A DNA stretch of 64,000 bases from the human T2T-CHM13v2.0 reference genome, Homo sapiens. The notes under the pieces are model-generated. The model did no database searches. It was given only the letters and a program-made list of their open reading frames with translations, and was not told the origin of the DNA. Location of the stretch: the NCBI RefSeq assembly GCF_009914755.1, contig NC_060926.1; one strand, written 5' to 3'. The position numbers and the translations under genes are program-made. Below are positions 26,560 through 42,156 of this stretch, one piece after another (the first letter of the stretch is position 1; every line of letters starts with the position of its first letter).

Positions 26560-27935
26560 ATTTGTTTTTGCTTTTAGTGGTAAGAATACTTAAGATCTAC
26601 CCTTTTAACAAATTTGAGTGTACAATACAATATTATTAACTATGAGCCCAATATTGTGTGGAACATCTCTAAAACTTATTCATCTTGTTTAACTGAAACT
26701 TTATTCTTATTGTTTCTTTTTCCCCTCCTTCCATCCTCTGGCAACCACTGTCTAATAATTTATAATGCCCATACTACCAAAATTAATCTACAGATTAAAT
26801 ATGATACCTGTTGAAATCCCAGTGGTATTTTTTTAACAAATACAAAAAAATTTATGTGGATCCCAAAAGACCCCAAATAGCCAAATCAATCTTAAAAAAG
26901 AACTAATATGGAGGCCTCATACTTCTGATTTCAAAATATATTACAAAGCTACAGTAATGAAAACAGTATAGGACTGGCATAAAGATATGATAAGTAGAAC
27001 GATCAAACAGAATAGAGCTCAGAAATAACTTCAGGAATATATGATCAACTGATCTTCAACAAGGGAGCCAGGAATATATGATAGAGAAAGGATAGACTCT
27101 TCCAGAAATGTTTATGAGAAAACTGGATATCCACATGAAAAAAGAATGAAATTGGATTCTTTCTTATATCACTCAAAAAATTAACTCAAAATAGAGTGAA
27201 GACTTAAGTGTAAGACCTAAGACCATATAAAACTTTCAGAAGACAACATAGAAGGAAAGACTCATGACACTGTTCTTGACAGTGTTTTCCTGAATATGAC
27301 ACTGAAAGCACAGGGAACAAAAGCAAAAATAGACAAGTCAGGCTACCTCAAATTAAAAAAGCTTCTGCATAGCAATGGAAAAAAGTCACAGTGAAAACAA
27401 AACCTATAGAGTAAGAGAAAATATTTGCAAGCCATATATGTGATAAATGGTTCTAAAATATATAGAAACTCAAACCCTCAATACTAAAACAGAAAACCCA
27501 AAACATTAAAATAAAACCTTATAATCTAATTTTAAAATGGGTTAAAGACTTAAACAGGCATATTTCTAAAGAAGACATACAAATTGCCAATAGGTATTTG
27601 AAAAGATATTTAATGTCACTAATCATCACACCTGTTAGAAAGACTGTTACCGAAGAAGAAAACAAAGCCAAAGACAAGTGTTGGTGGGGATGTGGAAGAA
27701 TTGGAATCCTTATATAATATTGGTGATCAGTGCAAAATGCTGCAGCCACTATGGAAAACAGTATGGGGGTTGATTAAAAAAATTAAAATAGAACTTCCAT
27801 ATAATACAGCAATGCATTTATTAGCATTTTGGATAAATTTGGGTATTTATCCCAAAAAATTGAAATTGGGATCTCAGAGATGTTAGCACTTTGACGTTCT
27901 TTGCAGCACTATTCACAGTTGTCAAGATGTGAAAA
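26560..27935 (-). mobile_element. L1MA (L1MA9-like) with 5' inversion
   Basis: About 26560-26755 is an antisense 3' UTR with a T-rich tail. About 26756-27935 is sense-oriented ORF2 3' region. Confidence 0.75.
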
Positions 27936-28064
27936 AAATTTCTTGCATATTTAATATATGTTATTTCATCAGAAATATAAACATGAGTGTAATAGCTTTT
28001 TTAGTCTGTTAAGTCCTTCTAGAGAATTATCAAGACTGAGAATTGTCTTTGTGGACCCCTGACA
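27936..28064 (+). mobile_element. MER21/MER77-like LTR, 3' part
   Basis: CATGAGTGTAATAGCTTTT...AGTCCTTCTAGAGAATTATCAA...GGACCCCTGACA. Confidence 0.6.
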
Positions 28065-28069
28065 TCATA

Positions 28070-28461
28070 GTGTTTTTGTTTCATTCTTCTGTATCCTTGC
28101 TGATTTTCTATTTGTTCTATCAAATATTAAGAGAGAGGGTGTTGCAGTCTCCAACTATAACTGTGGATTAGTCTATTTCTTCTTTCAGTTCTATCATTTT
28201 TTGCTTTATATATTTTGTATCACTGTTGTTTGAATGTATGTTTTTTATTGACCTGTGTTCTTGGTGGAACATTTTACATTACATAATGTAACTCTGACTC
28301 TGGCATTTTTTTTTTTTTTTTTGCTCTAATGTGTACTTTTTCTGATATTAAAATAGCTTATCCTATATCAAAATAATTATTTTGAATTATTGTATGGTTA
28401 CTTTCCATTTACTTTCAACCTCGCTATATCAATATTTTGAAGTTAATTTCTTGTAGACAGC
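28070..28461 (-). mobile_element. Old L1M ORF2 fragment (continues the element ending near 25710)
   Basis: GTCTCCAACTATAACTGTGGATT...TCTTGTAGACAGCAT, antisense L1 endonuclease region. Confidence 0.7.
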
Positions 28462-29080
<619 letters not shown>

Positions 29081-29411
29081 CATAATGATTGACTTCCCTC
29101 TCATCCCCAGGTTTGAAAAAACAAAAGCAATGAGATCCGTGTATATCCATTAGATAGGAAACACTTTTTGTTTAAATTTTAAGTATGATTCATCAGAGTA
29201 AGGAGCTACGAAATAATTCATATCATAAAACAATGATGAGAATGTATTTTAGTACACTTCCAAAAGTATTAATAAAGAGCTTTAAAAATGATAAACTAGT
29301 TGACATAGTGTTTCTTCTTTTATGATATACCTTAAATAAACTATCAGAGGTAGACATAGATATTTACATTCTACAACAAAGAGCATCCTTATACAAAAAA
29401 TGTTCAGTTGA

Positions 29412-29585
29412 ATGATGTACTAGAGCCAATTTGCACATCTGTACCAAGCTTTGCATTTAGTTATGTCACACTGGTAGATTGAAATCAGCTATGGTATAAC
29501 ATTTATACTACTAAAATGGGAAAACTCTACAAATTATCAACAACCCTCTTTGACAGAATGTTTTATAAATGTTTATAAGCATATT
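29412..29585 (+). mobile_element. MER63-like hAT MITE remnant
   Basis: ATGTCACACTGGTAGATTGAAATCAGCTATGGT resembles the MER63 core. Confidence 0.5.
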
Positions 29586-30043
29586 TCTGATAAAAGAGTT
29601 ATAAAATATCTCTACAAACAGTGTACTGAAAAACAAATAATTTTTTCAAGCAATATATAAAGAAAAACTTCTTAAAATGATTGAAGACATAAAACTATAC
29701 ATATTCATTTTTATAATAACACAGACATGATACAGTGAATTAAAATGTTGAGTATATAAATAAAACTTACTTGAATATACAAGATAACAAAATGTTTATA
29801 ATTTTTAACATATATGAAAACAAATAATAAAGGTCATTTGCTCTAAAACATAACTTTGGTTGTTTACATTTAGGAGAGATTTTGTACAAGTATTAATAAA
29901 TTTTTAAATTGTGAAATAACTAATGAGTAAATTAATCAACTTTTAGTTCCTATAACGTGTCCCAGATTGTAACTGATTACCATATGCTGTTATCTATCTA
30001 TGACATAAATATAGCGGAGATTTATGAAACTAAGAAAAAAATA

Positions 30044-30155
30044 ATTTTTAAGAGAGAGGATCTTGCTATGTTGCCCAGGCTGGTCTTGAACTCCTAGGCT
30101 CAACTGGTCCTTCTGCCTCAGCTTTTCAAGTAGCTGGGACTTTGGGTGCAGTGCC
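30044..30155 (-). mobile_element. FLAM/Alu monomer
   Basis: TCTTGCTATGTTGCCCAGGCTGGTCTTGAACTCCTAGGCTCAA. Confidence 0.85.
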
Positions 30156-30292
30156 AAAAAATATCTGACATAACTGAAATATACAGTGAAGAAAATTACA
30201 AATAGTTAAAGCTTTGATCCATATACCAGTGGTGTAACCTCAGATACAAAACTGAATAAGACATTCTTCACCATCAGACTTGAAAGAGCTAA

Positions 30293-30622
<330 letters not shown>

Positions 30623-32411
30623 CTTTACATTTTTATAGAAGAACAATAAAGAACACTACACACAAGGAACAGAGCTGTGTTTTGCTGGATTAAAAAACAT
30701 AAAAATTGTCATAGAAGAAAGAACTTTCTAGATTTTTAATATCATATTTTTTCTTTCATTAGAACAAAACAAAAATTTTAAAATATTATCTCCTTGGCTT
30801 GCTGATATGATCCTTCTTGCTAAAAAATATCTCATTTCAAATTAAATTTCAAGTTTCTTGGCTTCCTCTGACTATGTGTGCCAGATGTACTTACTGAGAT
30901 ATTTGCCTTTTTCTTTTTTAATGCGATCATGTGGCCACTTGCTTTTACCTTTCTTCTGATTTTGAATTGTTTCTTTCTCTAATTTGAACTTCTAGTTCAT
31001 TATATAGTCATCACAAAATCTAGATCTGAGTCTGGTGCAATACATCTGTTACCTGTGGCTGGATGCAGATTCCAAAGTTGTCACTGGTATGTCCTCACTT
31101 TGCAGATCAGCATGCAGTGTGAAGCCTGTGTTCTAATGACCTACACTGGTTACCTATAGGTGTACAGCTGGCTCGATTTTCTTTCATCCCACACCCCTCT
31201 CTTTTCCCCAGTAGTATTCTTTAGTGTCAAAATTTTAATCTCCCCACTTTACAGACAAGAATTTCTCTTTGGCATAAGGAAACCATTTGAAAAAAAAAAA
31301 GGAATTTCTCAATTACAAGTGAATATTGGTATACATTACATAAAATGATTAGAAAATGACAAGAAAATGTTCTTTTATGATTTTTAGTTTGTTACTGGTT
31401 CATCTGATATATAAATATAAGCTTTGACTTATATGTTTTTGTTTATTTCTACCCTATTTTGCATGTTTCTCTGTGTTTGGTAAAGTAGAACGTGTTAATT
31501 TTTCTGATTGAGTAATATGTGTTCTGTAAAACTCTTCCTGAAGTGAGCATGTAGAGAAATATTAATAGCATTTAGATTTATTGTAAGAAGATAACATTAT
31601 TTAGTCTTTCTTTTATGTGAAAAGGTATAAGAACATATCAAAATAAATGAGAATAAGATAACTTACAGCAATAAAGACAAAACGATTCTACAGTGGTGGA
31701 TAACATCACTAAGCCATAAACTTTTGTATGTGTGTATATTTACTAAAACTATCCTCTGAGGAATAAAGAGATGGAAAGGGGAAAAACATGAACATAGGCT
31801 GTATGGCAGGCGAGCCAACAGGATTAAGGAAAGACCCAGTAAGACCCATTGTCCCTGCAATTTCCCCTCTGATATTTTTATCAATATTTTAAGAGGTTCA
31901 TTTAACCCTGTTCACAAAATAGAAAACCAAAATGTTACTAGACAGACATTGGTAAAACCAATCAAGATAAGGGTATATATTTATTTGGCTGCCAGTCAGC
32001 CAACAGTTTGGTATTAACGAACTACCATGCGCATAATAGTATGCTATATCCTGGCGACATTGTATTACATGGGCCATGGTCCTTTCCCTCAAGAAGTTTA
32101 CAACCTAGATTTATTTTTGGCATAGTCCCTTCAAATATTATAAAACAAAAGATTAAATAACAGTACAAAATAATGATGCCAGGAATAATACATAGTGTCA
32201 AACATAATAAGCCACTTATGCAAACAGAACACATATGCAATGAATGAGTATTTCTTCAATATTTGTAGTCTTATATGTTTTCTTTCTTTCCTATTAGGAA
32301 AACATACAAGACTACAAATATTGAAAGAAAGACGAGATCAGTATTTGGAATGATTAGAGAAGGCACCATGGAAAGATAGGGCATGTGTTGGACTTGGAAA
32401 AATGAATATGT

Positions 32412-32783
32412 AGGTAGAGTATTCCTCATCCAAAATGCTTAGGGACCAGATGTATTTTGCATTTCAGGGTTTCTTTTTCTCTTCAAATTTTGGAATATTT
32501 ACCTATATATAATGAGATATCTTGGAAATAGGACTCAAGCCTAAACATGAAATTCATTTATGTTTTACATATTATCATACACATAGCCTGAAGGTAATTT
32601 TATATAATGTTTTAAATAATTTTATAAATAAAACAAAATTTTGACTGCATTTTAACTGCAACCCAACACGTAAGGTCAGTTGCAGAATTTTTCCACTGGG
32701 GGGGTCACGTTAGCACTCAAAAAGTTTCAAATTTTGGAGCACTTTGAATTTCAGATTTTCACATTAGGAATGCACAGTCTGTA
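32412..32783 (+). mobile_element. Tigger4/MER46-like DNA transposon
   Basis: Degenerate TIRs (AGGTAGAGTATTCCTCATCCAAAATGC ... TTAGGAATGCACAGTCTG) flanked by TA. Confidence 0.75.
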
Positions 32784-34041
32784 ATGTGGATAGTTTAGGA
32801 ATATAAGATGTGTGCGTGGGGGTGGAGGGAGTGTATATATTGTTATATAACATTAATTTCCAGAATAGCATTGTGAAAAGAAAGACTGAGACCAATCTGG
32901 TTTATTTATAGGAATTATAGGAAATATTCAAGTTGAGGAATAGGAGTAAGGCAGTTACTTCTAGAGTTGAGAGGGATGTGAAGAACATCTTGGTAAATAA
33001 ATAATTTTCCAAGGCGTTCACTGTCCCTCTGTTTCTTTACATGCGTAACAAGGAAGTTTAAACATAAATCTATAAGATATTCTGTTGCCTCTCATGGTAT
33101 AAAGCTGTGATTAAGTTCTGGAGGAATTCTAATAATAGTACATAGTTGGTACTATGCAAGAACCTTCATGGGGCTTGTAAGTACTAAGTCATTTCAGGTT
33201 TAAAAGAATAGAATGGGAAATCTCCGCCTTGAAGACAAGACCTTAAAAATTATTTTTATTCAGAAGATGAAAATAGATACTACAATACACATTTTTACCC
33301 CCTAATTTTGCCTCTGGAAAAAGTCCTAATAATTTTCTAGTTAACAAATCAAATAAAGGACAATGACTAACTCTTAATGGCTTTTTAAACGGTTGCCCAC
33401 AACTCTAATGAGTAATTATACCATTTGCTGTAATGGTATTCCTAAAATTAATTATAGATTTTTGAAGGAAAAATATATATGACATTACTGTGAAGAAAAA
33501 AATGTGATAGGAGTGCTAGGCTAATGATGGGGAATTGTATACATTTTGTATAATCACACTTTTATGTAGCTTGCAAACATTTATCTTTTACATTTATTGG
33601 CTCTATTTTAGTTTTTTAAAGCACTAAAAAAACTCATTCTCAACATAGTTTATTGAATGTGTATGCTATAAAAACTGCATTCCGACTGATTAGTAATACA
33701 GGTGAGAACAACGGTTCTCATTAAGCTGAAGGGACTTACCTGAGGACAAAAAGTGAATCAGTTTTGTTTTTTTTTTTTTTCAAAAACAAACAAACAAAAA
33801 AAAAACCAACCATATGGTTTTATTTCTATCCACATTTTTGAAATTCTATTTTTTGTATGTAAGTTAATAGGATTCCTATGTTGGGGACATAGGAAACAAT
33901 TCAAATAAAAATGTATAAATGGAATTATTTTGCTGTCTGGTCTAATTTTTTAGTAAGCATTTTCTGCTCATCAATAAAATGGTATAGATAATCAAATATG
34001 AAAGAGGCTAGCCACAAAAAACCAATGTGTTTCGACTTTTA

Positions 34042-34480
34042 TGTAACAAAGTTTTCAGTTGTTTTTTTAGTTGCCATGAACCCTAAGATCATGTAACCTG
34101 AGCATACCCAGATGAACCAAGGGTGCAACCCCAGTGGGAACCTAAATGCTCAGTCTGAGGATTGGAGACTGAATTAAGAGCAGATACAACATGGCAGGAT
34201 CCAGGATCCAATGAGAAGGAGCTCTGGCATCACTCCATGGCAGAATCCAGTCAGATCATGTGACCTGACATTACCTCATTGCAAGATCAAATCAGATCAT
34301 GCCTCATTACCCTATAAAACCTGATCTAGTCCCCAGGTCCAAGAGATGCGTCTTTGGAAATTACCCCTGGGATATTCCCCTAACTTGTTATAAGTAATAA
34401 AATTCCCTTGCTAAATTCTCCTTAGTTGTGGTCATTGGGTTGACACCTGCCAAGCTACCAAACTCACCAGTTGTGTAACA
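34042..34480 (+). mobile_element. Solo LTR (LTR47-like)
   Basis: TGTAAC...AACA termini, repeated CATGGCAGGATCCAG/CAGATCATG, TATAAAA near 34313, AATAAA near 34396. Confidence 0.7.
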
Positions 34481-36349
34481 AGACTGCTTGGTAAACAGTA
34501 ATGAATGCACATTGCCATAATTACCTTTAGTTTTTGGTAATACCATGTTTCTAATAACACATCTAAATTATAGTTGACAATCTCAGAGAATGCATTTCTA
34601 ACACTGCCAGGTAGGTCATGCATGTTGGTCAGTCTGGTTCTGCTCTAGTTGTAGAGACAGAAGTAGAACATTGCCAAGGTTCAGATCATTTAATCTCAAA
34701 TGCTCTTATACCTTCTCAAATGGAAATTGCTTCCCCCATTACCAGTTCATCTCCTCCAATAATCCTGTCACTTATAGCATGAACAGAAAATGTTGGCATA
34801 GTTCTTTATCATCTGGAAGGATAATCTTCATGAATCTACCTCTGAAGAATAAGCAATTTCTCTATCTGTGGCTTTTGTTGGTTCCAGGTATACTTCTCAT
34901 GCAAAGTGCCTCCTTAGCATTATGAAGAATTTGAGTTTCAATCAAGTTTTCGCTGTTTTTCTGTGGGAAAACAAAAAAGGTAGATAGTTTCTAGCTTTCT
35001 TAAAAAGACATCAAAAGGAAAAGGAACATGTTGAGAATGTAAAACTCTTTTTCCAACGTCATCATGTTAGTTCAGTGCCATCCCTTACACATAACTTCTA
35101 TAAGACAAATGTCTCATAGTAACACACGAAAGATAAGAAAGTTTTTGTTTTTTTCCTTAAGAAAAAAACTTTCGTATAGAATCTTAGCAATAATATTAGT
35201 TAATACATCACTCATAGTCTTTTTGTGTTCAAGACCCATAAAACTTTGTTAGATCTCTTCAAATAATCATCTGTTTTATTTTGATGCTAATTTACTTTAA
35301 GCCATAGTTCTTTATAGAATTTTCTTGGAACTAATAATTACAAAAAATTGTGAGAAGTAGAGAGATACAAATGATTATTGGAACAAGTTCTTCAGGATAC
35401 TCCTGTAACATAGGCTAGCAATACCCAAATCTAGATGTAAGAAGGGCTTTTTTAACTCAAGAAAAATTTACTAAAATCTAGATAAAAAATAAAGCTGATT
35501 CAACTAAGAATTTGATTTGAAAAGAGTTGACCTTACAGTGACAAATTCTCAAAGAATGTGACTTTGAAAACTATTTCTGTGGATGGAATTAGGCACAACT
35601 CATGCACACAAACATAGGGATAAGGGTCATGTAATATTAGAAAATGCTGTGTTAAACACTTACTAAATGAATCCTTGAGTTTAATGTGTAACTATAAATT
35701 ATTAAAAACAATACTTAGTGTGCTATGTCTAATGTTATTTGGTCAGAGACCTCTTAAGACTAAGAAAATAGTCTTAAGACTCAGATTATCTAAACCACAT
35801 CTTAGAACATTCTACTAAAGAAGAAATAATAGAAAACTAGGTTTCTGAAGACTTTTTCTTTTTTTTTCTAACTTTATAAATAAGATTATTCATGTTAAGT
35901 GTAATTCTATGAACTTTACATATTGATGTAAAAAAATTGTTAAAGGCCTATTGTGTGACAGATGCTGTGATATAAACTAGGAGATATGGAAAAATAAAGA
36001 ACTCTCTTTTTATAATTTTGTAATACAGATATAGGGGAAAGTTATTAAAAACTGATTACAATAGTGAGACAACTGTTATGTGACAATTAGTGATTTTATT
36101 AAAATATATCTAATATCCCACATGTCATGTTTGATCTCATTTAATGTTCACAAACCACATGATATATCAATGTTATTATAGATGAGATACAGAACCAGGA
36201 TAATAATAAAGCCAAATCTCACAGTTGATAAGTAGAATATATTTAAATGTGGTTCTGTCCAAATATAAAGTCAATTTTCTTAATCATGTACGCTTCTTCT
36301 GAGGACACAGAGTAGAAACTAGTTCAACTTGAGTGAATTAAGATTTCAT

Positions 36350-36624
36350 GGCCAGGCACGATGGCTCATGCCTGTAATCCCAGCACTTTGGGAGGCTGAG
36401 GCAGGCGGATCACAAGGTCAAGAGATCGAGACCATCCTGGCCAAAAAATACAAAAATTAGCTGGGCGTGGTGGGACACACCTGTAGTCCCAGCTACTTGG
36501 GAGGCTGAGGCAAGATAATCGCTTGAACCCAGGAGGCAGAGGTTGCAATAAGCCAAGATGGCACCACTGTACTACAGCCTGGCAGCAGAGCGAGACTCTG
36601 TCTCCAGAAAAAAAAAAAAAAAAA
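36350..36624 (+). mobile_element. AluSc-like with about 24-bp deletion in the left arm
   Basis: GGTCAAGAGATCGAGACCATCCTGGCCAA is joined directly to the A-rich linker. A tail present. Confidence 0.93.
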
Positions 36625-38844
36625 TTCATGAATAAAGACATTAAAACATTAGAAAATTCATTAGATCTGACTGTTTCAAGATGCCTAAGGGGAGGGGAGG
36701 GGAGGTTATTATAGACCAAAGAAATGAAAATTGGAAAGGCAAAAATTCATGATAAGAATGACATAATCAGGAAATATACTAATTTAGTGTGTATTTAGCA
36801 TACAGCTCTTAACAAGAAGTGATGACAGAGAATTTTTTTTTTTTTGAAATAGTAAATAATCTCACAGGGCATGCCAAGGGTGATGAATTTCATTCAACAG
36901 GCAATGAAGCTGCAGGACAAATAATATACCTAATTTAGGAAGTAACATCATCTGATTTGGGGTTTCAGAAGATAAAATGATGATCAGGTAAGAATAGGAA
37001 ACCATTAAGGAGCTTATTTTAGTAAGAGGGATTAGAAGCCGTGACATAAATACTTTCAAGGTGTTATTATTGGCCATGGAACCTAGAAACAAGCAAATGT
37101 CCATGCCAGTTCATACCAAACATTTTAGCTAAGTTCCCAGGAGCTTCAGTCAATGAGAACTATTGGGCCAGGGTATCATTGTTTCCAGACTGGACATCCG
37201 AAATGGTTAAGAAACCATCTCAGCTTGTTGCTCTGTTTTTAGTCTTCCTCCTATACCTTCCCAATCTGTTCTTACTTTGCCTAAGACATATTTTTATCTA
37301 CTTAAGAAAACAGAGTGACTATCTCTTAAATCAAGTAAAAGTCTCTGTAATTACCTTATATATCTGCCCCTATGCATAAATCCCATCTTTTCCCCAGGAA
37401 GCCATAATGTAGCATTCAGAAAATATTTTTAGTCCCACATCCTGCATGTGTCCATGCTGATTGCACACCCAGCATTATCTTTTCCTTGGCATTTACACAT
37501 CTAATCTCTACTTATTTGGGCTGAAGCTGCAGCCCTATCAAGTCTATGAAATCACCTCCTACTACCCATATGTATGAGTGTTCTGATGCTGAAGTTCCAT
37601 TGTACAGTACTAACAAATTATCACAATTTAGCACTGAAAAATTCCAAGTTCACTTGTTATTATGTGGAACAATTAAAATGGAATCTCACATTTATTTCCA
37701 TCTCTAGAATGAATTGTATTTGTTTGTAATATTGTCAGTAGGCAGAGAAAAAAATGGCTTAGTACCAGGATATACAATTTAAAAGATCTTTACAAACTCT
37801 AATCCTTTAGCTTTTGCTGCATAACAGTTTTTGCCTCACATGGTTTCAGCATTCCAGAACACATTTTGGAACTCACAGGGCAATCTAGACTTTCCCTAGA
37901 TATTTCCTTTGAGCAGACTATAAAATGCACCACACAGGGTTAGGGATTGCAGACAAGATACCTTTGATTGGAGATCATCAATAATCAGCTTTGACTTCTA
38001 CCTATTCTCCGGAAACATGATTTAAACAGACAATCGGGAAGCCCCAAGGGGCTAGGCATGAAAGCTATGAGAATCCACAGATTGGCAGAAATATTTTCTC
38101 AGACATCCCTAACATTGTCATAGCCATCCTATGCTACATATAGGCAGCTGGTATCTTTACATATGAACAGAGAAAATGATGGTCATGGCTCCTTACAATG
38201 CTGGCTTCTTATAGGGAGAGCTCAAGGGTCAAACTGCAAATATTTGGCAATGTGAAACATTCTAATAGAAACACATTTAGAGGGGACAAGTCGGTAGGAA
38301 GGAAAGCTGGAGACGACAGAAGATATACTACTGACATATAAAAAACTGACAGTGCAGAATAGATACAAGTCTAAGGATATCAAGAGTGATGTGGGTCTTC
38401 ATACCCACTGCCTTGAAGGCAGGCTGATGTACCATAGGCAGGACGCACTTGATGACTGTTGTCAGAATCACCTTCTACCCGTCTTTAACTTGGTGCTGAA
38501 GCCCCTGAAGATCTTGAGATTGCTGTTTAAATTTGACTTCCATTTGCTGCATTCTTCTTGTAGGTTTCTTAGTTCACGTTTGCCTGCCCATCTTTAAGGA
38601 ACTCAGACTATAACATGCATTTTGCTTTTGGGCCTCACACATATATATATATATGTATATAGCATATATATGGCACATACATAATTTTATTTTCTGGCCT
38701 AGAATTTATTTTTGTTATGATCATTCATCCACGGTGTGATGAAAAAGAGGACCAGAACCAAAGTTAACAAAAATGTAGACAATTAATGTAACTGTAATAT
38801 ATAATCAATTCTGGTTATCTGTAATAGTTCCATAGAGTCACCAA

Positions 38845-39428
38845 GATTATTGAATTATCAAATACTGAGGCATTGTTCCTACTGCAAATAGTTATATTCC
38901 TTGAACATCTATTCACCACATTTAAAATGACAAATCAGCACATAATCTTGTTGTGTGTTTCTGTTTAAAGACACCTTGTTTAATATATAGTTTTGATTCA
39001 TTAACATTGAACTCAAAGGCAACAGTACCGTAACTCATGCCTCAGCATAGCTTAGCTAACATAATTCTTTTCTGTTAGGCACACCACACTTGTCTTCTGC
39101 TGGGCATACTAGACAGTGCTTCAGCACCACAACTGGGGGCCAATTTAAACAACAACATCAACAAACAGCATGAAAATGTGAAAACTGTGAGGCTAAATAG
39201 ACCACAATAAAGGATACATTTGTATCATGAGAGCTGAAAGAAGAAGAGTGTTGCCTTTTTGACACCAGCTAAGAACATGTACACTAGGTGACTCAAATTT
39301 TTTGGCACTCTGTGCATGCCCACGAATGATGAAAGTGCCAGGAGAATTGACTTGGGGGATATAAATAAATTGTAGTGAGTAGGCAAATTCACAAATATAG
39401 ATTTCATGAATAATGAGGATCAACTGTA
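38845..39428. mobile_element. MER82-like Tigger-group DNA transposon
   Basis: Ends ATGAATAATGAGGATCAACTGTA, with internal TTGATTCATTAACATTGAACTC. Confidence 0.7.
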
Positions 39429-41852
39429 TGTGAAAGAAGTCAGCGGTTTCATCTTGTCATATTTAGACTTGCAGAAAATCTGTTGGGCGTTTATAATTAT
39501 GCAACAAGTTTCCAAGTAAGAGAATAGAGGAGAAAAGTGTTGGGGTCAGTTGTTATAGCAGGGATAATTGACACTGTACCAAATCATATCGGCAAATCAC
39601 TTGGAAGAAAGGAGTGAAATTTAGGAAAGCAAAACATGTACTGAGAATTGAAAACACTAATTGATAAAGAATCAGATAAAGCTTTTTATCTGATAAAGCA
39701 TCCAGATTACTTTCCTAAAGAGGGTATATAATATTTTAGACTGTGATATGATAGGACTTAATGTTAAATATTCCCAGAAAGAGTTATCTTAATGCTGAAA
39801 TCAAAGGCTCCCTTTAGCTTGGTGATTTCTCCATACTGACATAAGGTTACCTGTGCCAGAGTTCCAGATTCCAAATCTCAAACCTTGAATTTCTGGTTAT
39901 GCTTCTGATGCTCATAGTTGCTCTGCTTAACTGCATTATGTCCCTGTTTCTCTCTGGTCATATTTCTCTCTGTGTCACATTGTCCAATGGTAGAACATAA
40001 AGCATGCATTACCCTTTTGCCATTATATCTAATATTTCTACCATGCCCCCCAACCGAACCCCAGCTGCAGATCCTTCACTGTCATTAGGCCCACCAGGGG
40101 ACTTTTCATTACTTTATCTAAGATGCTAGGTTCTTAGTCTTGCATACTTTGATTGAAGACTGCTATAACTTTTAAACATAGAATTTAGGCTGCTCACTAA
40201 AATTTGTGTTTTCATCCCAAGCAGTCTTCACAAGTCTCTTGGTGCCTTTTTCCTGAATTGGGTGAATCAATGCCAGCGTTTTACCCACCAAAATCCTAAG
40301 ATAAAAATATATAAAAGACTTTTGAATTCTGTACTACAATTCCAAATAATAAAAATCTACTCATGCTGACTTTTGCACCTATGAGATCAATGCCAGTTAT
40401 ATAGCATATTAATTTGGTGAAGGTTGTAAACTCTTTCGTGTTTAACAACCATTTATTCCCCATGCCTTCTAGGGTCACCTCTTTTATGATAATGCTCTTC
40501 AAACTCTCCTATCTCGCTGTCCTTTCATTTTTTTTTTTAAATCCTTGTGAACTAAGATACTAATTCATCTCTAACTTCCTGATCATTTTTTGCCTTTCTC
40601 AGTATGAATGCTGACCAAGCCATGTTTCATGATCCCCCTCATGAGCTAAATATTTCCATGCAGCTTTGTTTTCCTTTGCCTCTTCAACTATTTATTGCCT
40701 CCCTCACAGTCGTTTTCTCTAACTATACTGCATCCATTTTCAACAGCACTGCCCTAAATATGTGCATTCAACCAGCCATCAGAGTTTTGCTAGCAGCATC
40801 CCATCCCTATCGATCAAATATATGAAAATGATGCATTCCTAATGAAGAGTTTGTTTGTGCCAGTTAGCACTCTTTTTTAATTGTCAGATCAAATATTGTA
40901 TGCAAAAGAACAACAGTGTATTAGCTCCTCCGCTCCTTTACTTCCACACTTTATTTAGCACTTTATCCTTAATTTCTTACTACCAGCCCAAGTCCTGTTG
41001 CTTTGCATTTCTCAATAATCATACAGCAAGCGCAAGCACTTGCTTAATGCATTTCATAAATATTTGGTACTTTGTGGTTGTGGTCTAAACTTTCCAGATT
41101 ATTTACTGAAAAAATATTCAGTGTAATCTCATGCTGTCCTGAATTTCAGACCATCACTAACACTAATTCTTTTTGCCTGGTCCTGCCTTATTAAAATAGG
41201 CAGCATAATGAATAGCAAAAAATACTGCTTGAGGACTATTTTCCTCAATTAACCTCTCTGGATGCTGACAAAATTAGAAGAGTTTTATTAGCTCATTCCA
41301 AGTTGGATAAGCTATGGATCTAGAAGCATTCCCTTTATATTTCAAAACATTTGAGAACAATTATTACCTACTATCTAGAGTAAAACCAAAACCAAACATA
41401 AGTATACATTGAGAGCCTATAATGCATCAGACACTACATAGCAACAGTATGCTTTAACAGCCTCACAAAACTGCTGTAATTAAGTATTTTTATCGGTTCT
41501 TACAAATTAGAAAATTTATACTCAGAGAAGTTAAAAATATAATGATTAAATACATAAGCCACATCTGGACTGTATGAATCCAAACCTCATGCTTTTTTAG
41601 ATCCCCCATAACTTCTGTGCTAATATTCAGGCTTGATCAGCAAGACTTTGAATAATCATAGCTCGTTGATTATAAGTCTTAAATCTATCCAGCACGGTAT
41701 CTGTAGAATGGTAGTATATATATGGCTACTACAAATAAATCCCAAAACATACAAATGTTTAATTTATCAAAGCTTCCATGATAAAATTAAAATAACTTAT
41801 TTTATACTATATAATAATATAACAAATTAGGCTATATTAATAAGTTAATAGT

Positions 41853-42117
41853 GGCCGGGTGTGGTGGCTCATGCCTGTAATCCCAGCACTTTGGGAGGCC
41901 GAGGTGGGTGGATCACGAGGTCAGGAGATCGAGACCATGGTGAAACCCCGTCTCTACTAAAAATACAAAAAATTCGCCGGGCGCAGTGGTGGTCGCCTGT
42001 AGTCCCAGCTACTCGGGAGGCTGAGGCAGGAGAATGGCGTGAATCCAGGAGGCGGAGCTTGCAGTGAGTCGCGCTAGTGCACTCCAGCCTGGGCAACAGA
42101 GCAAGACTCTGTCTCAA

Positions 42118-42151
<34 letters not shown>
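41853..42151 (+). mobile_element. AluY-lineage element (Yd-like) with (TAAA)n tail
   Basis: 12-bp left-arm deletion (GAGACCA|TGGTGAAACC). Perfect 14-bp TSD AATAAGTTAATAGT at 41839 and 42152. Confidence 0.93.

Positions 42152-42156
<5 letters not shown>

Noticed and set aside
38405-38595. Minus-strand stretch translating to a coiled-coil-like peptide (RRMQQMEVKFKQQSQDLQGLQHQVK)
   Set aside because: Short, bounded by stops, no convincing splice sites and no recognised homologue. A tblastn search would be needed.
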